Shown here: one piece after another, positions 30,491 to 40,109 of the stretch
Numbering within the stretch: the first letter of the stretch is position 1
How the letters are laid out: each line of letters opens with the position of its first letter
Source: a virus
DNA: 64,000 nt
Direction: 5' to 3' (one strand)
Virus record (IMG/VR): IMGVR_UViG_3300035698_018653
Coordinates: 1-64,000 of that record
Notes under the pieces: generated by a model
What the model saw: only the letters and a program-made list of their open reading frames with translations
What the model was told of the DNA's origin: nothing
Database searches by the model: none
Position numbers and translations under genes: made by a program

Positions 30491-30733
30491 ATGGACAATA
30501 GTGAAGCCGGTGCCTTTGTTGCAGGATTAGTAGTTGGAATTATATGTACATCTTTGTTAGTGCTTTCGGCAGTCTTTAGTTGTGACGCCAATATATGGAG
30601 ATGGCCAGATTTTGTAAAAGTAAAGATGGTAAAAGAAGGTGTTGCTAAATGGGAAACAGGTGAACACGGTAGACCCGAATGGATAATAATAAAACCAGAT
30701 AGTACTAAATCTTTACTGGAGAAAAAAGAATGA
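30491..30733 (+). CDS. Small membrane protein
   Basis: GAGGAG RBS and a TM helix. Confidence 0.55.
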   Translation: MDNSEAGAFVAGLVVGIICTSLLVLSAVFSCDANIWRWPDFVKVKMVKEGVAKWETGEHGRPEWIIIKPDSTKSLLEKKE

Positions 30734-31209
30734 GCGATAAGACAGTTGTTAGTTGGTTAGAAGAAAATTTGAAAAATTACGATCTGAATATTGATGGCAC
30801 AAAAAAGAAAATGTTTCTTGCTTGTGCTAAAGAATTAAAGTCAACCTTTGGCTATGTAAGAAAGCGATATTATCAGTATGCATCCAAGAACAATCCACAG
30901 GCAGTGAAGAGAGAGGATGTTGGCGATAGAGTAAAGAATAATATAGAGAAGCTGTCTGTTGATGCTTCGGAAGTCAAGAAGGGATTTGATGTACCGGCAA
31001 TGATAAGAGATAGACTTATATCATTAGGTAATAAGGTTATAAAGGATCAGGACTTCAGGGCAGCCCTTGGAATTGGCAATGAGCGCTGGAGCAAAGCAGC
31101 GAATTTGGAAGAATTCGATATGTACAGAAGGAAATTCCCAAGTAGCGGATTCTGGTGGGGCAAGTCAGAAGTGCTTGATGACATACAGAATACAGTTGAC
31201 ATAATATAA
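30730..31209 (+). CDS. Hypothetical protein
   Basis: Coupled ORF upstream of the phosphoesterase. Confidence 0.6.
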   Translation: MSDKTVVSWLEENLKNYDLNIDGTKKKMFLACAKELKSTFGYVRKRYYQYASKNNPQAVKREDVGDRVKNNIEKLSVDASEVKKGFDVPAMIRDRLISLGNKVIKDQDFRAALGIGNERWSKAANLEEFDMYRRKFPSSGFWWGKSEVLDDIQNTVDII

Positions 31210-31218
31210 GGAGACAAT

Positions 31219-32328
31219 ATGGGAAGAAAAAAGAAAGTTAATTTAGATAAAGCGATAGACGCAGATGAGTTGAAAAGAGACCTTGACCCTGATCCTCGAA
31301 TAAGAACATTGCAGGGTGACGTTATAAGGTTAACGTCAATAGCGCGGAAGCTTAAGGTGGAGTTAGGCGAGAGGGATATGTTTTCGGGCAAGATATTAGA
31401 AGCAATTAAAAAGCTGCCAATACCTGCCCCGGTAAAGAGGCAGAAGTTGGCAAGCAAACATAGCCCTTCCCAGGCAATTCTTGTCTGTACCGACGAGCAC
31501 GGAGAGGAGTATGTGGACAAAATTGAAATGGAAGGATATGCGAAATACGACTGGAATACTTTTTTGAACAGGGAGTGGGCAACACAAGCAAAGGCGATAG
31601 AGCTGGTTGAAATAAACAGAAAAGCGTTTAATGTTTCGAAGCTCAATGTTTTTCGGCTTGGGGATGTTTTGACCGGCATTATACATGCGGAACTCGACAG
31701 GTCAAACACGTGGAATTTACCCGTGGCTGTAGTAAATATGGCAAATATAATTGCTCAGCAAACTAATTTACTATCCGCTCATTTTGATGAAGTAGAGAAT
31801 TGGTGCGTATGTGGAAATCATGGAAGGTTAGATAAGAAACCAAGTCAAAAGAATAAAGCAGATAGAAACTGGGATGGAGCAGTTTATAAGTTAGCAAGTA
31901 TGCTCACGGCCGGGAACCCGAAAATTAAATGGAATATTCCAAGGAGTCCGGCTATTGTAGCAAAGGTGTTTAATACAAAGTTTTTATTAAAGCACGGAGA
32001 TGGAATTTCTGCTGGTGGGGTAACACCTTACTATGGGCTGGCCAGGGACACCTCTAAGGAGCACGCTAAGAGAAGAAAAAGAGAGGACTTTGACTTTATA
32101 GTACAGGGTCATCTACATCACTTCGGAGTAGTTGAAGAGGAAAGGATTCTCTGTCCTTCGATGATTGGGGCAAATCAGTTCTCATCTTATAAGCTTCATA
32201 TGATCTCTGACCCTGCGCAGCTTCTGATGCTTGTAAACGAAAAGCATAAGATTGGAAGCTTCCACCCTATCTTTTTAGATAAAGCAAATCATAATGATTT
32301 TAATACTACGCACGCATGGGCAGAATAA
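31219..32328 (+). CDS. Calcineurin-like metallophosphoesterase
   Basis: TDEH, LGD, GNHGR, HGD and GHLH. Confidence 0.85.
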   Translation: MGRKKKVNLDKAIDADELKRDLDPDPRIRTLQGDVIRLTSIARKLKVELGERDMFSGKILEAIKKLPIPAPVKRQKLASKHSPSQAILVCTDEHGEEYVDKIEMEGYAKYDWNTFLNREWATQAKAIELVEINRKAFNVSKLNVFRLGDVLTGIIHAELDRSNTWNLPVAVVNMANIIAQQTNLLSAHFDEVENWCVCGNHGRLDKKPSQKNKADRNWDGAVYKLASMLTAGNPKIKWNIPRSPAIVAKVFNTKFLLKHGDGISAGGVTPYYGLARDTSKEHAKRRKREDFDFIVQGHLHHFGVVEEERILCPSMIGANQFSSYKLHMISDPAQLLMLVNEKHKIGSFHPIFLDKANHNDFNTTHAWAE

Positions 32329-32333
32329 TATTT

Positions 32334-32362
32334 TTCACTATAGTTAAAGGTTCGTATATTAT
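32334..32362 (+). promoter_or_regulatory. Putative promoter TTCACT-17-TATTAT
   Basis: Sigma70-like spacing, matching the motifs at 48709 and 61798. Confidence 0.55.
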
Positions 32363-32380
32363 CTAAAAGGGATAATTATT

Positions 32381-32842
32381 ATGGGTAAGACAATTAAGCA
32401 GAAATTTTTTTGGGATTGTACGGTGGCCTCTTGTTCTATGGCGCTTAATGCCGATTATAAAAAGACTTTTCAGGATATGGTAAATATTATAAATGAAAAT
32501 CCACCTTATGATGATTTACAACTTGCTCAATATTTTGCTTTTAAAGGTTATTTCTACGGATTGTATTTTTCCCCTAAAGACGGAGAGAAAAAATATTTTG
32601 ATATGAAGAAGTATATTAAGAGAAATAAGATAACTATTTCTTTTAGCGTAGACCAGCCCGCACTACTAACCGTAAAGTCAAAGCATTACAAAGATGATTA
32701 TCATAGTGTCTATTGGGACGGAAAAGTTGTTCGTGATCCGTCGCAGAACTTCCAGGATGAACAATCATTAGATAACTATAAGATAATTGATTGGACACCT
32801 ATAATTGAGGTTGAAGTTGAAGACGCTAAAATGGAGGACTGA
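32381..32842 (+). CDS. Peptidase C39-like protein
   Basis: Q....DC, HSVYW and DP. Paralog of 28556. Confidence 0.55.
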   Translation: MGKTIKQKFFWDCTVASCSMALNADYKKTFQDMVNIINENPPYDDLQLAQYFAFKGYFYGLYFSPKDGEKKYFDMKKYIKRNKITISFSVDQPALLTVKSKHYKDDYHSVYWDGKVVRDPSQNFQDEQSLDNYKIIDWTPIIEVEVEDAKMED

Positions 32843-32848
32843 TTTAAT

Positions 32849-33115
32849 ATGATATTATGGCAAGATATTGTATTTACAGTTTGTAGTATTTCGTTTTCTT
32901 ATGCATTAATACCTCAGGTATTGAAACACCACAAAGAAAAGAAGGTGGGGATAGCTTGGCAGACCGTGATAGTTACTCCGATATCTTTATGGGTTTATAA
33001 TATAACAGCTTATACTCTTGGGTTATATTTCTCTGCAATAGTTGGAGTAGTAAGTTCTGCTTGTTGGACTACATTTTTAATACAAAAATTATATTATGGT
33101 AACCAAGAAATTTAA
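32849..33115 (+). CDS. PQ-loop / SemiSWEET-like membrane protein
   Basis: 88 aa with three hydrophobic helices and LIPQVLK after helix 1. Confidence 0.65.
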   Translation: MILWQDIVFTVCSISFSYALIPQVLKHHKEKKVGIAWQTVIVTPISLWVYNITAYTLGLYFSAIVGVVSSACWTTFLIQKLYYGNQEI

Positions 33116-33156
33116 TAGTAACCAATAGATAGTCACAATAAAATTTAGAGGTTAAT

Positions 33157-33810
33157 ATGAGACCAGGATTCGATGTTGACGGAGTACTTGCTAATTTCTC
33201 AGAGGGTAATAGAAAGCTCTTTGAAAGTTATTATAAAATAAAGCTTCCAGATAAGTTATATGATAAAAAGACCGGCAGAGCAAAAGAGTGGTATTGGAAT
33301 ATGGTTGATCCTTTATACTCTAAGGAACTCGAAACAGAAAACCTTACAAGAGTGATACCGGGGCAGTATAGATTTTGGTGGAGCTTAAGGCCATTTTATG
33401 ATCTTGTAAAGAATAGAAAATTATTTGATAAGGTGGTTAGGAAAGTAAAGGATGTTTATTTTATATCCAATAGGATAGAGAATCCAACCTTGATCGATAC
33501 AAGAAATCAAACAGCTCTCTGGCTTTATAGCAATACAGGAGAGTCATACAGCTTCTATCAAGACAGAACTATTATAACCAAGAATAAAGTGCTTGTTGCA
33601 AAGCTTCTAAAGCTCGATTGTTACATAGAAGATAACTATAAGAATTTTGATAAGTTTAATAAAGCAGGGATAAAGTGTTTTCTTTTAAAGACTCCGTATA
33701 ATGAAAAGGAAAGAAATAGATTTAATCAATGGCCGCATTTATGGATAGATTCGATTTCTGAATATCTTAACTATATATTAAAATGCAAGGAGAATGATAA
33801 TGAAGCGTGA
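33157..33810 (+). CDS. HAD-family 5'(3')-deoxyribonucleotidase-like protein
   Basis: FDVDGVLANF, ISNR, YIEDN and PYN. Confidence 0.75.
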   Translation: MRPGFDVDGVLANFSEGNRKLFESYYKIKLPDKLYDKKTGRAKEWYWNMVDPLYSKELETENLTRVIPGQYRFWWSLRPFYDLVKNRKLFDKVVRKVKDVYFISNRIENPTLIDTRNQTALWLYSNTGESYSFYQDRTIITKNKVLVAKLLKLDCYIEDNYKNFDKFNKAGIKCFLLKTPYNEKERNRFNQWPHLWIDSISEYLNYILKCKENDNEA

Positions 33811-34126
33811 GAATTTTGAAATGTTTATTGATAAGGAGATGATACCCCTCTGCCTCAGAATACTAAAGGTAAAGGGAAAATCATATTCGGGTGACGAGGA
33901 TGCTTTTAAAAACTTTAAGGAAACCGCCAAGGAAGCCGGTATAACAGTTGAGCAATCGTGGCTTACACAGTATCTTAAGCATTACAACGCCATACGGTCG
34001 TTTTTAAACGATGAATATACCGATAGCGAACCTATTAAGCTGAGAATAGCGGACGCCATAAACTACCTCCTAATGCTTTCAGGCATACTGCGGGAACAAG
34101 GAAAGATAAAGGGAGAGATGAAGTGA
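33794..34126 (+). CDS. Nucleotide-modification-associated domain 1 (Nmad1/DUF1599-like; MazG-like helical fold)
   Basis: KGKSYS...AFKNF, KH and RIADAINYLLML. Confidence 0.6.
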   Translation: MIMKRENFEMFIDKEMIPLCLRILKVKGKSYSGDEDAFKNFKETAKEAGITVEQSWLTQYLKHYNAIRSFLNDEYTDSEPIKLRIADAINYLLMLSGILREQGKIKGEMK

Positions 34127-34866
34127 TACCTGAAAATCTAATAGTTAGTTTTCAGAAGGCAGGACGTACGTTTTTGCGTACGCTTATTGGCAAGGTAATT
34201 GTAGATTCATATGATATAAATTTACCGGACAATAAAAAACACAGAATTTTGGAGATAGAAAAGTTAAACGAAATGAACAGTAAAGTTCCATCTATTAAAT
34301 TTATTCATTGGGACTTAACAAAAATGTGCACTAAAGAAACAAATATAATGATAATGACCAGGGATATAAGGGACTTGGTTGTATCGAATTATTTTGCAAT
34401 CAAGTACTGGGGCATAAAGAGAGAGGAAAGTATATCAGAACATATGAAAAAGACAAAAGGCAAAGCCAGCCCCATGGTTATAGTGAAATATTATAATAAT
34501 TATCTTTCATATAGCAATAAGTGTGAGAAAAGAGGTATAATAAGATATGAAGATCTAAATTTAAAAACAAATAAGACTATAAAGAGAGTATTAAACTTTT
34601 TTAATGTAGAATATACAGAGAAAGCGATAACAGAAGCTATTGAGTTTTGTAAGTTTGAGAATATGAGAAAGATGGAAGAGGAAAATTATTTTCATTCTCC
34701 CAGGATGATGCCGAGTAATCCGGCAGATAAGACATCTCTGAAAACAAGAAAAGGAAAGGTACATGGATTCAAAGAGTATTTAAGTGATAACGATACAGAT
34801 TATATAATGGATATATTACATAAGAACGGAAGTGACGAAACAAAGAAATATTTGGAATGGAGATAA
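34123..34866 (+). CDS. PAPS-dependent sulfotransferase (Sulfotransfer_1)
   Basis: SFQKAGRTFL (5'-PSB), RDIRDLVVSNY (3'-PB), RYEDL, FENMRKME and RKGKVHG. Confidence 0.88.
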   Translation: MIPENLIVSFQKAGRTFLRTLIGKVIVDSYDINLPDNKKHRILEIEKLNEMNSKVPSIKFIHWDLTKMCTKETNIMIMTRDIRDLVVSNYFAIKYWGIKREESISEHMKKTKGKASPMVIVKYYNNYLSYSNKCEKRGIIRYEDLNLKTNKTIKRVLNFFNVEYTEKAITEAIEFCKFENMRKMEEENYFHSPRMMPSNPADKTSLKTRKGKVHGFKEYLSDNDTDYIMDILHKNGSDETKKYLEWR

Positions 34867-35345
34867 AAGATAAACCATTTATGCTTAGTAGTGCTATTAA
34901 GCATTTTGAAAGTATATTAAATAAGAAGCAATATGTTCTTGAGTTTGGTGGTGGTTCGTCAACTATCTGGCTTGCTAAAAGGGTAAATAAAGTAATATCT
35001 TTAGAGAATGATTTAAGATGGCAACACGCAATAAAAGAACAGGCGAGAGACGAAGAGGTAAACAATATTGATTTATACTATTATAATGTAATTGAATATC
35101 TTTCTAATTTAAGAACAAGTTTTGATATAATATTTGTAGATGGAAAAAGTAACAGGCGCCCCGAGTTTATATCTGAATCATACATGCTGTTAAGCGCTGG
35201 AGGGTACATGATATTAGACGATTCCGAGAGAGATAGGTATAAGAGCGCCATAGTCTTTCTGGACAACTTAGGCTGGACCAAAGAGGCAATAGGGAAACGA
35301 GGTAAAGCAAAACAAACTACTTTCTGGAGAAAGAATGGCAATTAG
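34857..35345 (+). CDS. Class I SAM methyltransferase
   Basis: LEFGGGSSTIWL, FDIIFVDG and GGYMILDDS. Confidence 0.8.
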   Translation: MEIKDKPFMLSSAIKHFESILNKKQYVLEFGGGSSTIWLAKRVNKVISLENDLRWQHAIKEQARDEEVNNIDLYYYNVIEYLSNLRTSFDIIFVDGKSNRRPEFISESYMLLSAGGYMILDDSERDRYKSAIVFLDNLGWTKEAIGKRGKAKQTTFWRKNGN

Positions 35346-35964
35346 AAAAGATACAATTGATTTGATTTATAGGGCCATAGGATTAACAGATAAAAAGTTT
35401 AAAGATATTTCTATCTGTGAATTAGGAAATCAAAATATAAGACATATAGAAAATCTTGATTATCCACATAAAACTGTTCAGTTTCCCGAGTATAGCAAAA
35501 GATATTTTGAGAGATTAGGAATAGGAAAGGTAACTTCAATAGATTGGAATGGGAAAGATGGAGCATTAAAATGTGATTTATCAAAACCCTTAAAAATAGA
35601 GAGAGGGTTTGATATAATAACTAATTACGGAACCTCAGAGCATATATCAAATCAGTATGATGTATTTAATAATATACATAATCTAATTGGGTTTGATAGT
35701 TTCATGGTTCATTGTCTGCCTGGCAAAAGTAATGTTTGGAAAAGACATGGTTATTTTTATTATTCAACAGAATTTTTTGAGCACCTAGCAAACGCAATGG
35801 AGTATGAGATTGTTATAAATGAAGTCAGGAGAATTAAATCTTGTATATGCGTTTTGCTAATTAAAAAATATCATTCTCAATTTATGAATAGAGAAAAATT
35901 TAATTTACTATTTAGTACACATACAGAATTAAATGAAAAAGGAAAGAAAAAATGGAAGCTGTAA
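35335..35964 (+). CDS. Class I SAM methyltransferase-like protein
   Basis: ICELGNQ and FDIITNYGTSEH. Confidence 0.7.
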   Translation: MAIRKDTIDLIYRAIGLTDKKFKDISICELGNQNIRHIENLDYPHKTVQFPEYSKRYFERLGIGKVTSIDWNGKDGALKCDLSKPLKIERGFDIITNYGTSEHISNQYDVFNNIHNLIGFDSFMVHCLPGKSNVWKRHGYFYYSTEFFEHLANAMEYEIVINEVRRIKSCICVLLIKKYHSQFMNREKFNLLFSTHTELNEKGKKKWKL

Positions 35965-37169
35965 AATTTGTTAAGGTAGAAAATCCAGAGGAAGGAATAA
36001 AATTACTATTAGATGAGACGGGTAGCTGGCTAGATGAGCTATGTGAAAAGTATGAGAATGTAGAATGGCAAGGAGGACACGATGAAGCAAATTTTTTAAC
36101 AAGTTTTAAAGATTATTATGAGATAACAAAATCAAGTAAAGTATTGGATTTAGCAACTAAGTTTTTTCTTGCTTGGAGAAATTCAGAAGAAATGGATTTT
36201 GAAATAAAAGATATTCATCACGATACAGAGCACTATAGTATTTTTCTTAAATGGTATTATGATATAAGTAAAGATGATTTAGCAAAAGATATTTTAATTA
36301 GATATGCAGAATTTATAATGGAAAATTTTAACGAGAAATTTGGGAGTAATTCTAGCGAATGTGTTAGGTTAATAAAATGTGTTTTAAATGCTTACGAAGT
36401 AACAGAAGATAGAAAATATTATGAATGGGCAAATGAAAAATTACAAGCATATTTTTCTCATTTAGACAACGATATAATTTATTTAAATGAAATAGAAAAA
36501 TATATTGCAGATGGATTAGTAAATACAATGTTTAATGACTATAAAACAACTGGATTGAAATATAAAGAGACAATAAAAAAAATAATTAATCCTTTAATGT
36601 TTGAATTAGATAATTTTTATGCAAATGTAGCAGGGTATTTTATTTTAAAATATATAAAAAAATATAGCTGGAATTTTGAATTATCTAATTCAGTATATGG
36701 AATGATATTAGAGCAATTAGATAATATTAATTTTGGTGATTTAAGTGATTATGAGATGAAGTATGGCAATGAATTATATTTTCATTCTCAAACTGGAATG
36801 AATTTTATTACTTGGGGAAAGCTAGGAAATAGAAAGAAAATGAAATATACTGCTATATATAAAATAGAAGAGAAAAGTAAAGCATGGTTTGATCATTATC
36901 CTAGTGTAGGTGCTTTGATGCTTGGGCATTATATTTCTAAAGATGATAAATATTTAAACAATGCTCTTTCCATAGCTCTAACAAAACTAAAGTTATTTAG
37001 AATAAATAAAATGGATGATGGAAGAACCTCAGCTTGTAGTGCAAATACAATATCTACTGTTTTCAGAGGACACGGCCGAAGTGATGGAATAGGGGATATA
37101 AGTTGTATACTTTCAGATACTGGTGTAAGAAATATAATAAGTAAAGAATTTCAGAAACTAGGAGAATAA
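35952..37169 (+). CDS. Hypothetical protein, possible (alpha/alpha)-toroid carbohydrate-active enzyme
   Basis: Repeated helical motifs such as AYEVTEDRKYYEWA and HYISKDDKYLNNA; lies within the glycan cluster. Confidence 0.35.
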   Translation: MEAVKFVKVENPEEGIKLLLDETGSWLDELCEKYENVEWQGGHDEANFLTSFKDYYEITKSSKVLDLATKFFLAWRNSEEMDFEIKDIHHDTEHYSIFLKWYYDISKDDLAKDILIRYAEFIMENFNEKFGSNSSECVRLIKCVLNAYEVTEDRKYYEWANEKLQAYFSHLDNDIIYLNEIEKYIADGLVNTMFNDYKTTGLKYKETIKKIINPLMFELDNFYANVAGYFILKYIKKYSWNFELSNSVYGMILEQLDNINFGDLSDYEMKYGNELYFHSQTGMNFITWGKLGNRKKMKYTAIYKIEEKSKAWFDHYPSVGALMLGHYISKDDKYLNNALSIALTKLKLFRINKMDDGRTSACSANTISTVFRGHGRSDGIGDISCILSDTGVRNIISKEFQKLGE

Positions 37170-37982
37170 ATGAAAGTGTCAGTAATTATTCCAACATATA
37201 ATAGGCCAGAACTACTTCACAATACCCTCTTGTCTATTTATAATCAAAAAGATAAAGGTGATTATGAAGTAATAGTTCTCATTGACGACGATGACATGTA
37301 TATTAGAAACGCTACAAATGGTACTGTTATTAATTTTATGCTTATTTCAAAATTAAATATAAAAAATTATAACACCTATCTGTATAAAAAGAAAGGGTGG
37401 AGTGTAGAGACTTATCCCGTTAATGTAGGAATACAGAAATCAACAGGTGATATTATAATGCTTAATAGCGCCGATACTATGAGTATATCAAATACGATCA
37501 ATCAGCATAGAAAGTTGCATGAGGAATACGATAAAAAGATTGTAGTAAGCAGTGTATATGCTCAAAGGGAAGAATGTAAAGGAATGAAGCTAGATGAATA
37601 TAATACTTTATCCTTAAAGAAAAGTAGCAGGTGTATTTATTCTGGAATAGGGGTATTGAGCAAGAATGCAGAGATTCTTATAAGAAGAAGAAGATTATAT
37701 ACTTTTCAAATGAGTGTGAGGAAAAAATATCTAATGCAGATAGGTGGAATGGATGAAAGTATTACCGGTTTTTATTATGGTCGTGCAGGGGCAGACCGAG
37801 ATTTGGGCAATAGATTAAAGTTGATAGGGTTGAAACCTGTATTTAGTAAAGATATAATTGCAGTACATCAATATCATGAGTCAGCAACATCTGGGGCAGA
37901 AGCAGGGGAAAGAATGAAAGTAAATAATGATCCAGTAAGAAATAAAAATGTTAAATGGGGAGAGTATCCAAAAAATGTATAA
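37170..37982 (+). CDS. Glycosyltransferase family 2
   Basis: VSVIIPTYNR, EVIVLIDD, GGMDE and HQYH. Confidence 0.9.
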   Translation: MKVSVIIPTYNRPELLHNTLLSIYNQKDKGDYEVIVLIDDDDMYIRNATNGTVINFMLISKLNIKNYNTYLYKKKGWSVETYPVNVGIQKSTGDIIMLNSADTMSISNTINQHRKLHEEYDKKIVVSSVYAQREECKGMKLDEYNTLSLKKSSRCIYSGIGVLSKNAEILIRRRRLYTFQMSVRKKYLMQIGGMDESITGFYYGRAGADRDLGNRLKLIGLKPVFSKDIIAVHQYHESATSGAEAGERMKVNNDPVRNKNVKWGEYPKNV

Positions 37983-38706
37983 CGAAAAACTATATGACAA
38001 TATAAATTACTTTATTGGTAAGCCTCAAAGTAAAGAGCAAAGACCCTGGGGGCATGGACAATTAAGATACGGAACACAATGCTGCGCTATTGGATATGCA
38101 TTAGGGTATCCTGATTTTGAAAGCGTAAGAGATATTTTAGGGTTTAAAAATAAAGGAAAGGGTATTAAACCAATAGTAGGAGCAAATAAACAAATTGAAA
38201 GATTATGTATGAATAGCAAATATTGTAATAGATTTCCAAATGGTGTTTTGGAAATCGGCGCAGGAAGAGGTGAAATCTCTGTATCAATTGCTTCAAAATG
38301 TTGTAATGTATATTCAATAGAACCAAATGAAAATGCCCTAATATTAGCTTATGATACGAGACAAATTTTTAAAATAGACCTTTATCATCTTGAAAAATAT
38401 TATAATTTAATAAATAAAGATTTAGCCAATGCATTAAAGTATATTGAATGGGATAAAATAGATACAATCATAATGGATGAAACAATAGAACATATTACAG
38501 AAGATGATTTTGAATATTTTCTTTTAGAAGTAAGAAGGAATTTTAAAGGATTGTTTATTATAACAAATTGGATAGATGCACACCCAATAGAATTAAAAGG
38601 TGATTTTCATATAAGAAAAATTGACGATGGCGTATATGATAGACTTTGTAAATATGGTAAAACAATTTATAGGAATGGAAGTCATCTAGTGGTGGAGTAC
38701 AAATGA
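37975..38706 (+). CDS. Class I SAM methyltransferase
   Basis: VLEIGAGRGE and ETIEHI. Confidence 0.75.
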   Translation: MYNEKLYDNINYFIGKPQSKEQRPWGHGQLRYGTQCCAIGYALGYPDFESVRDILGFKNKGKGIKPIVGANKQIERLCMNSKYCNRFPNGVLEIGAGRGEISVSIASKCCNVYSIEPNENALILAYDTRQIFKIDLYHLEKYYNLINKDLANALKYIEWDKIDTIIMDETIEHITEDDFEYFLLEVRRNFKGLFIITNWIDAHPIELKGDFHIRKIDDGVYDRLCKYGKTIYRNGSHLVVEYK

Positions 38707-40109
38707 TAAGAAAAATATTTGATTTAAATAATCTAAAAGAATGTCAAGAAGTCGAAGGGATAACAGATCTTCTCTTTAAAGATAACCTAAACATAAAAGA
38801 TATAGAGAAGTCAAGGGGCGAGTTTGCAGGTTATTTTGTAAAGAACAATAAAGTATATCTATTTAGAGATAGAGTTGGTGCAAGAAATATTTATTATCGT
38901 TTAATAAAAAACAAGCTGTATGTTTCGACAGACATATGGTGGATAGCAAAACAAATTAAAGCAAAGATAAATGACCTGTATTTATCTTACGAGTATTTTG
39001 AATATCAGGTTCCATTCGGCGCAGCTACAGTTTATGAAGGTATTTTTAAAATTATGCCATCGATTATTAAAAGTTTTTATATTGATGGTGTTGATGAACA
39101 TAGATATTGGAGACTTGATTTTTGGGGAGAATGTGGAGAAGAGTTTAATTCGGGTAGCTTAAATATGATAATTGATGATGCAGTTAGATTTAGAAGAGGT
39201 ATTTTAGCAAGATTGGGGAAAAATTATACTTCATATTTAAGCGGTGGAATAGATTCTAGTTGTGTAACAGAATTATTAAATCCAGAAGAAAGTTTTTCGG
39301 GTATCTATAAAGACGAAGAGTATTCTGAAAAGAGTTTTATAAAAGCATTAAAAAGAAAAACAAATTATGTTGATATTACAGAAAAGGTATTTAAAAATTT
39401 TCTAAAAGATATTTCTAAAATAATGCCTGATCCAATGTGTGGACTAGGTGTTATTTCTCAAGCTATGGTTGCTTGTAAAGCAATGAGTAAGGGATATAAT
39501 TATGCTTTTACGGGAGAAGGTGGGGATGAAATTTTTGGTGGTTATATTTGGAATATGGTTGGAAGTAAATTAGATGAATATTTATTTTTATTAAATGACA
39601 ATAAATATTTTATAAGATATGAAAAAACATTGGAAAAATTTAATAAAGAATTGTTACCGTATTTTGTAGCTATAAGTTTAAATCGGGGAGCAAAAAGACA
39701 TATAGATAATATTCTTGATAGATGGAATTATAAATTGTCTCCTGCAAATAATATGATGAAAATAGCAATTGAAGTTAGTTTACCCGCTATATTAACGGTA
39801 GACGAATGTGTTGGAAAATATACTAGCGTAATGCCTGTATCTCCATTAGTAGACCATAAAATAATTGAGTATGTTGCTTCTGTTGATGATAAAGAAAGAA
39901 ATATAATTCCAAAATATTTTTTAAGGCAATCAATGCAAGGGTGTTTACCAAGTAAGATAATAAATAGATATGATAAGATGGGATTTCCAGTGCCTCACGA
40001 AAAGTGGGATTGGAGCGAGTTTGGATATGACAATATGAGAAGGGAAACGTGGGCCGAATTAAATATAAAAATGTTAAAGGAGAGATTAAATGAACCAGGA
40101 ATTTCTTGA
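38703..40109 (+). CDS. Asparagine-synthase-like amidotransferase (sugar amidation; truncated N-terminal domain)
   Basis: RDRVGARNIYY, LSGGIDSS, TGEGGDEIFGGY and KMGFPVP. Confidence 0.85.
   Translation: MIRKIFDLNNLKECQEVEGITDLLFKDNLNIKDIEKSRGEFAGYFVKNNKVYLFRDRVGARNIYYRLIKNKLYVSTDIWWIAKQIKAKINDLYLSYEYFEYQVPFGAATVYEGIFKIMPSIIKSFYIDGVDEHRYWRLDFWGECGEEFNSGSLNMIIDDAVRFRRGILARLGKNYTSYLSGGIDSSCVTELLNPEESFSGIYKDEEYSEKSFIKALKRKTNYVDITEKVFKNFLKDISKIMPDPMCGLGVISQAMVACKAMSKGYNYAFTGEGGDEIFGGYIWNMVGSKLDEYLFLLNDNKYFIRYEKTLEKFNKELLPYFVAISLNRGAKRHIDNILDRWNYKLSPANNMMKIAIEVSLPAILTVDECVGKYTSVMPVSPLVDHKIIEYVASVDDKERNIIPKYFLRQSMQGCLPSKIINRYDKMGFPVPHEKWDWSEFGYDNMRRETWAELNIKMLKERLNEPGIS

Noticed and set aside
31047-31709. 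220-aa minus-strand ORF and the other minus-strand ORFs in the track
   Set aside because: They lie antisense to well-supported + strand genes and have no recognisable motifs.
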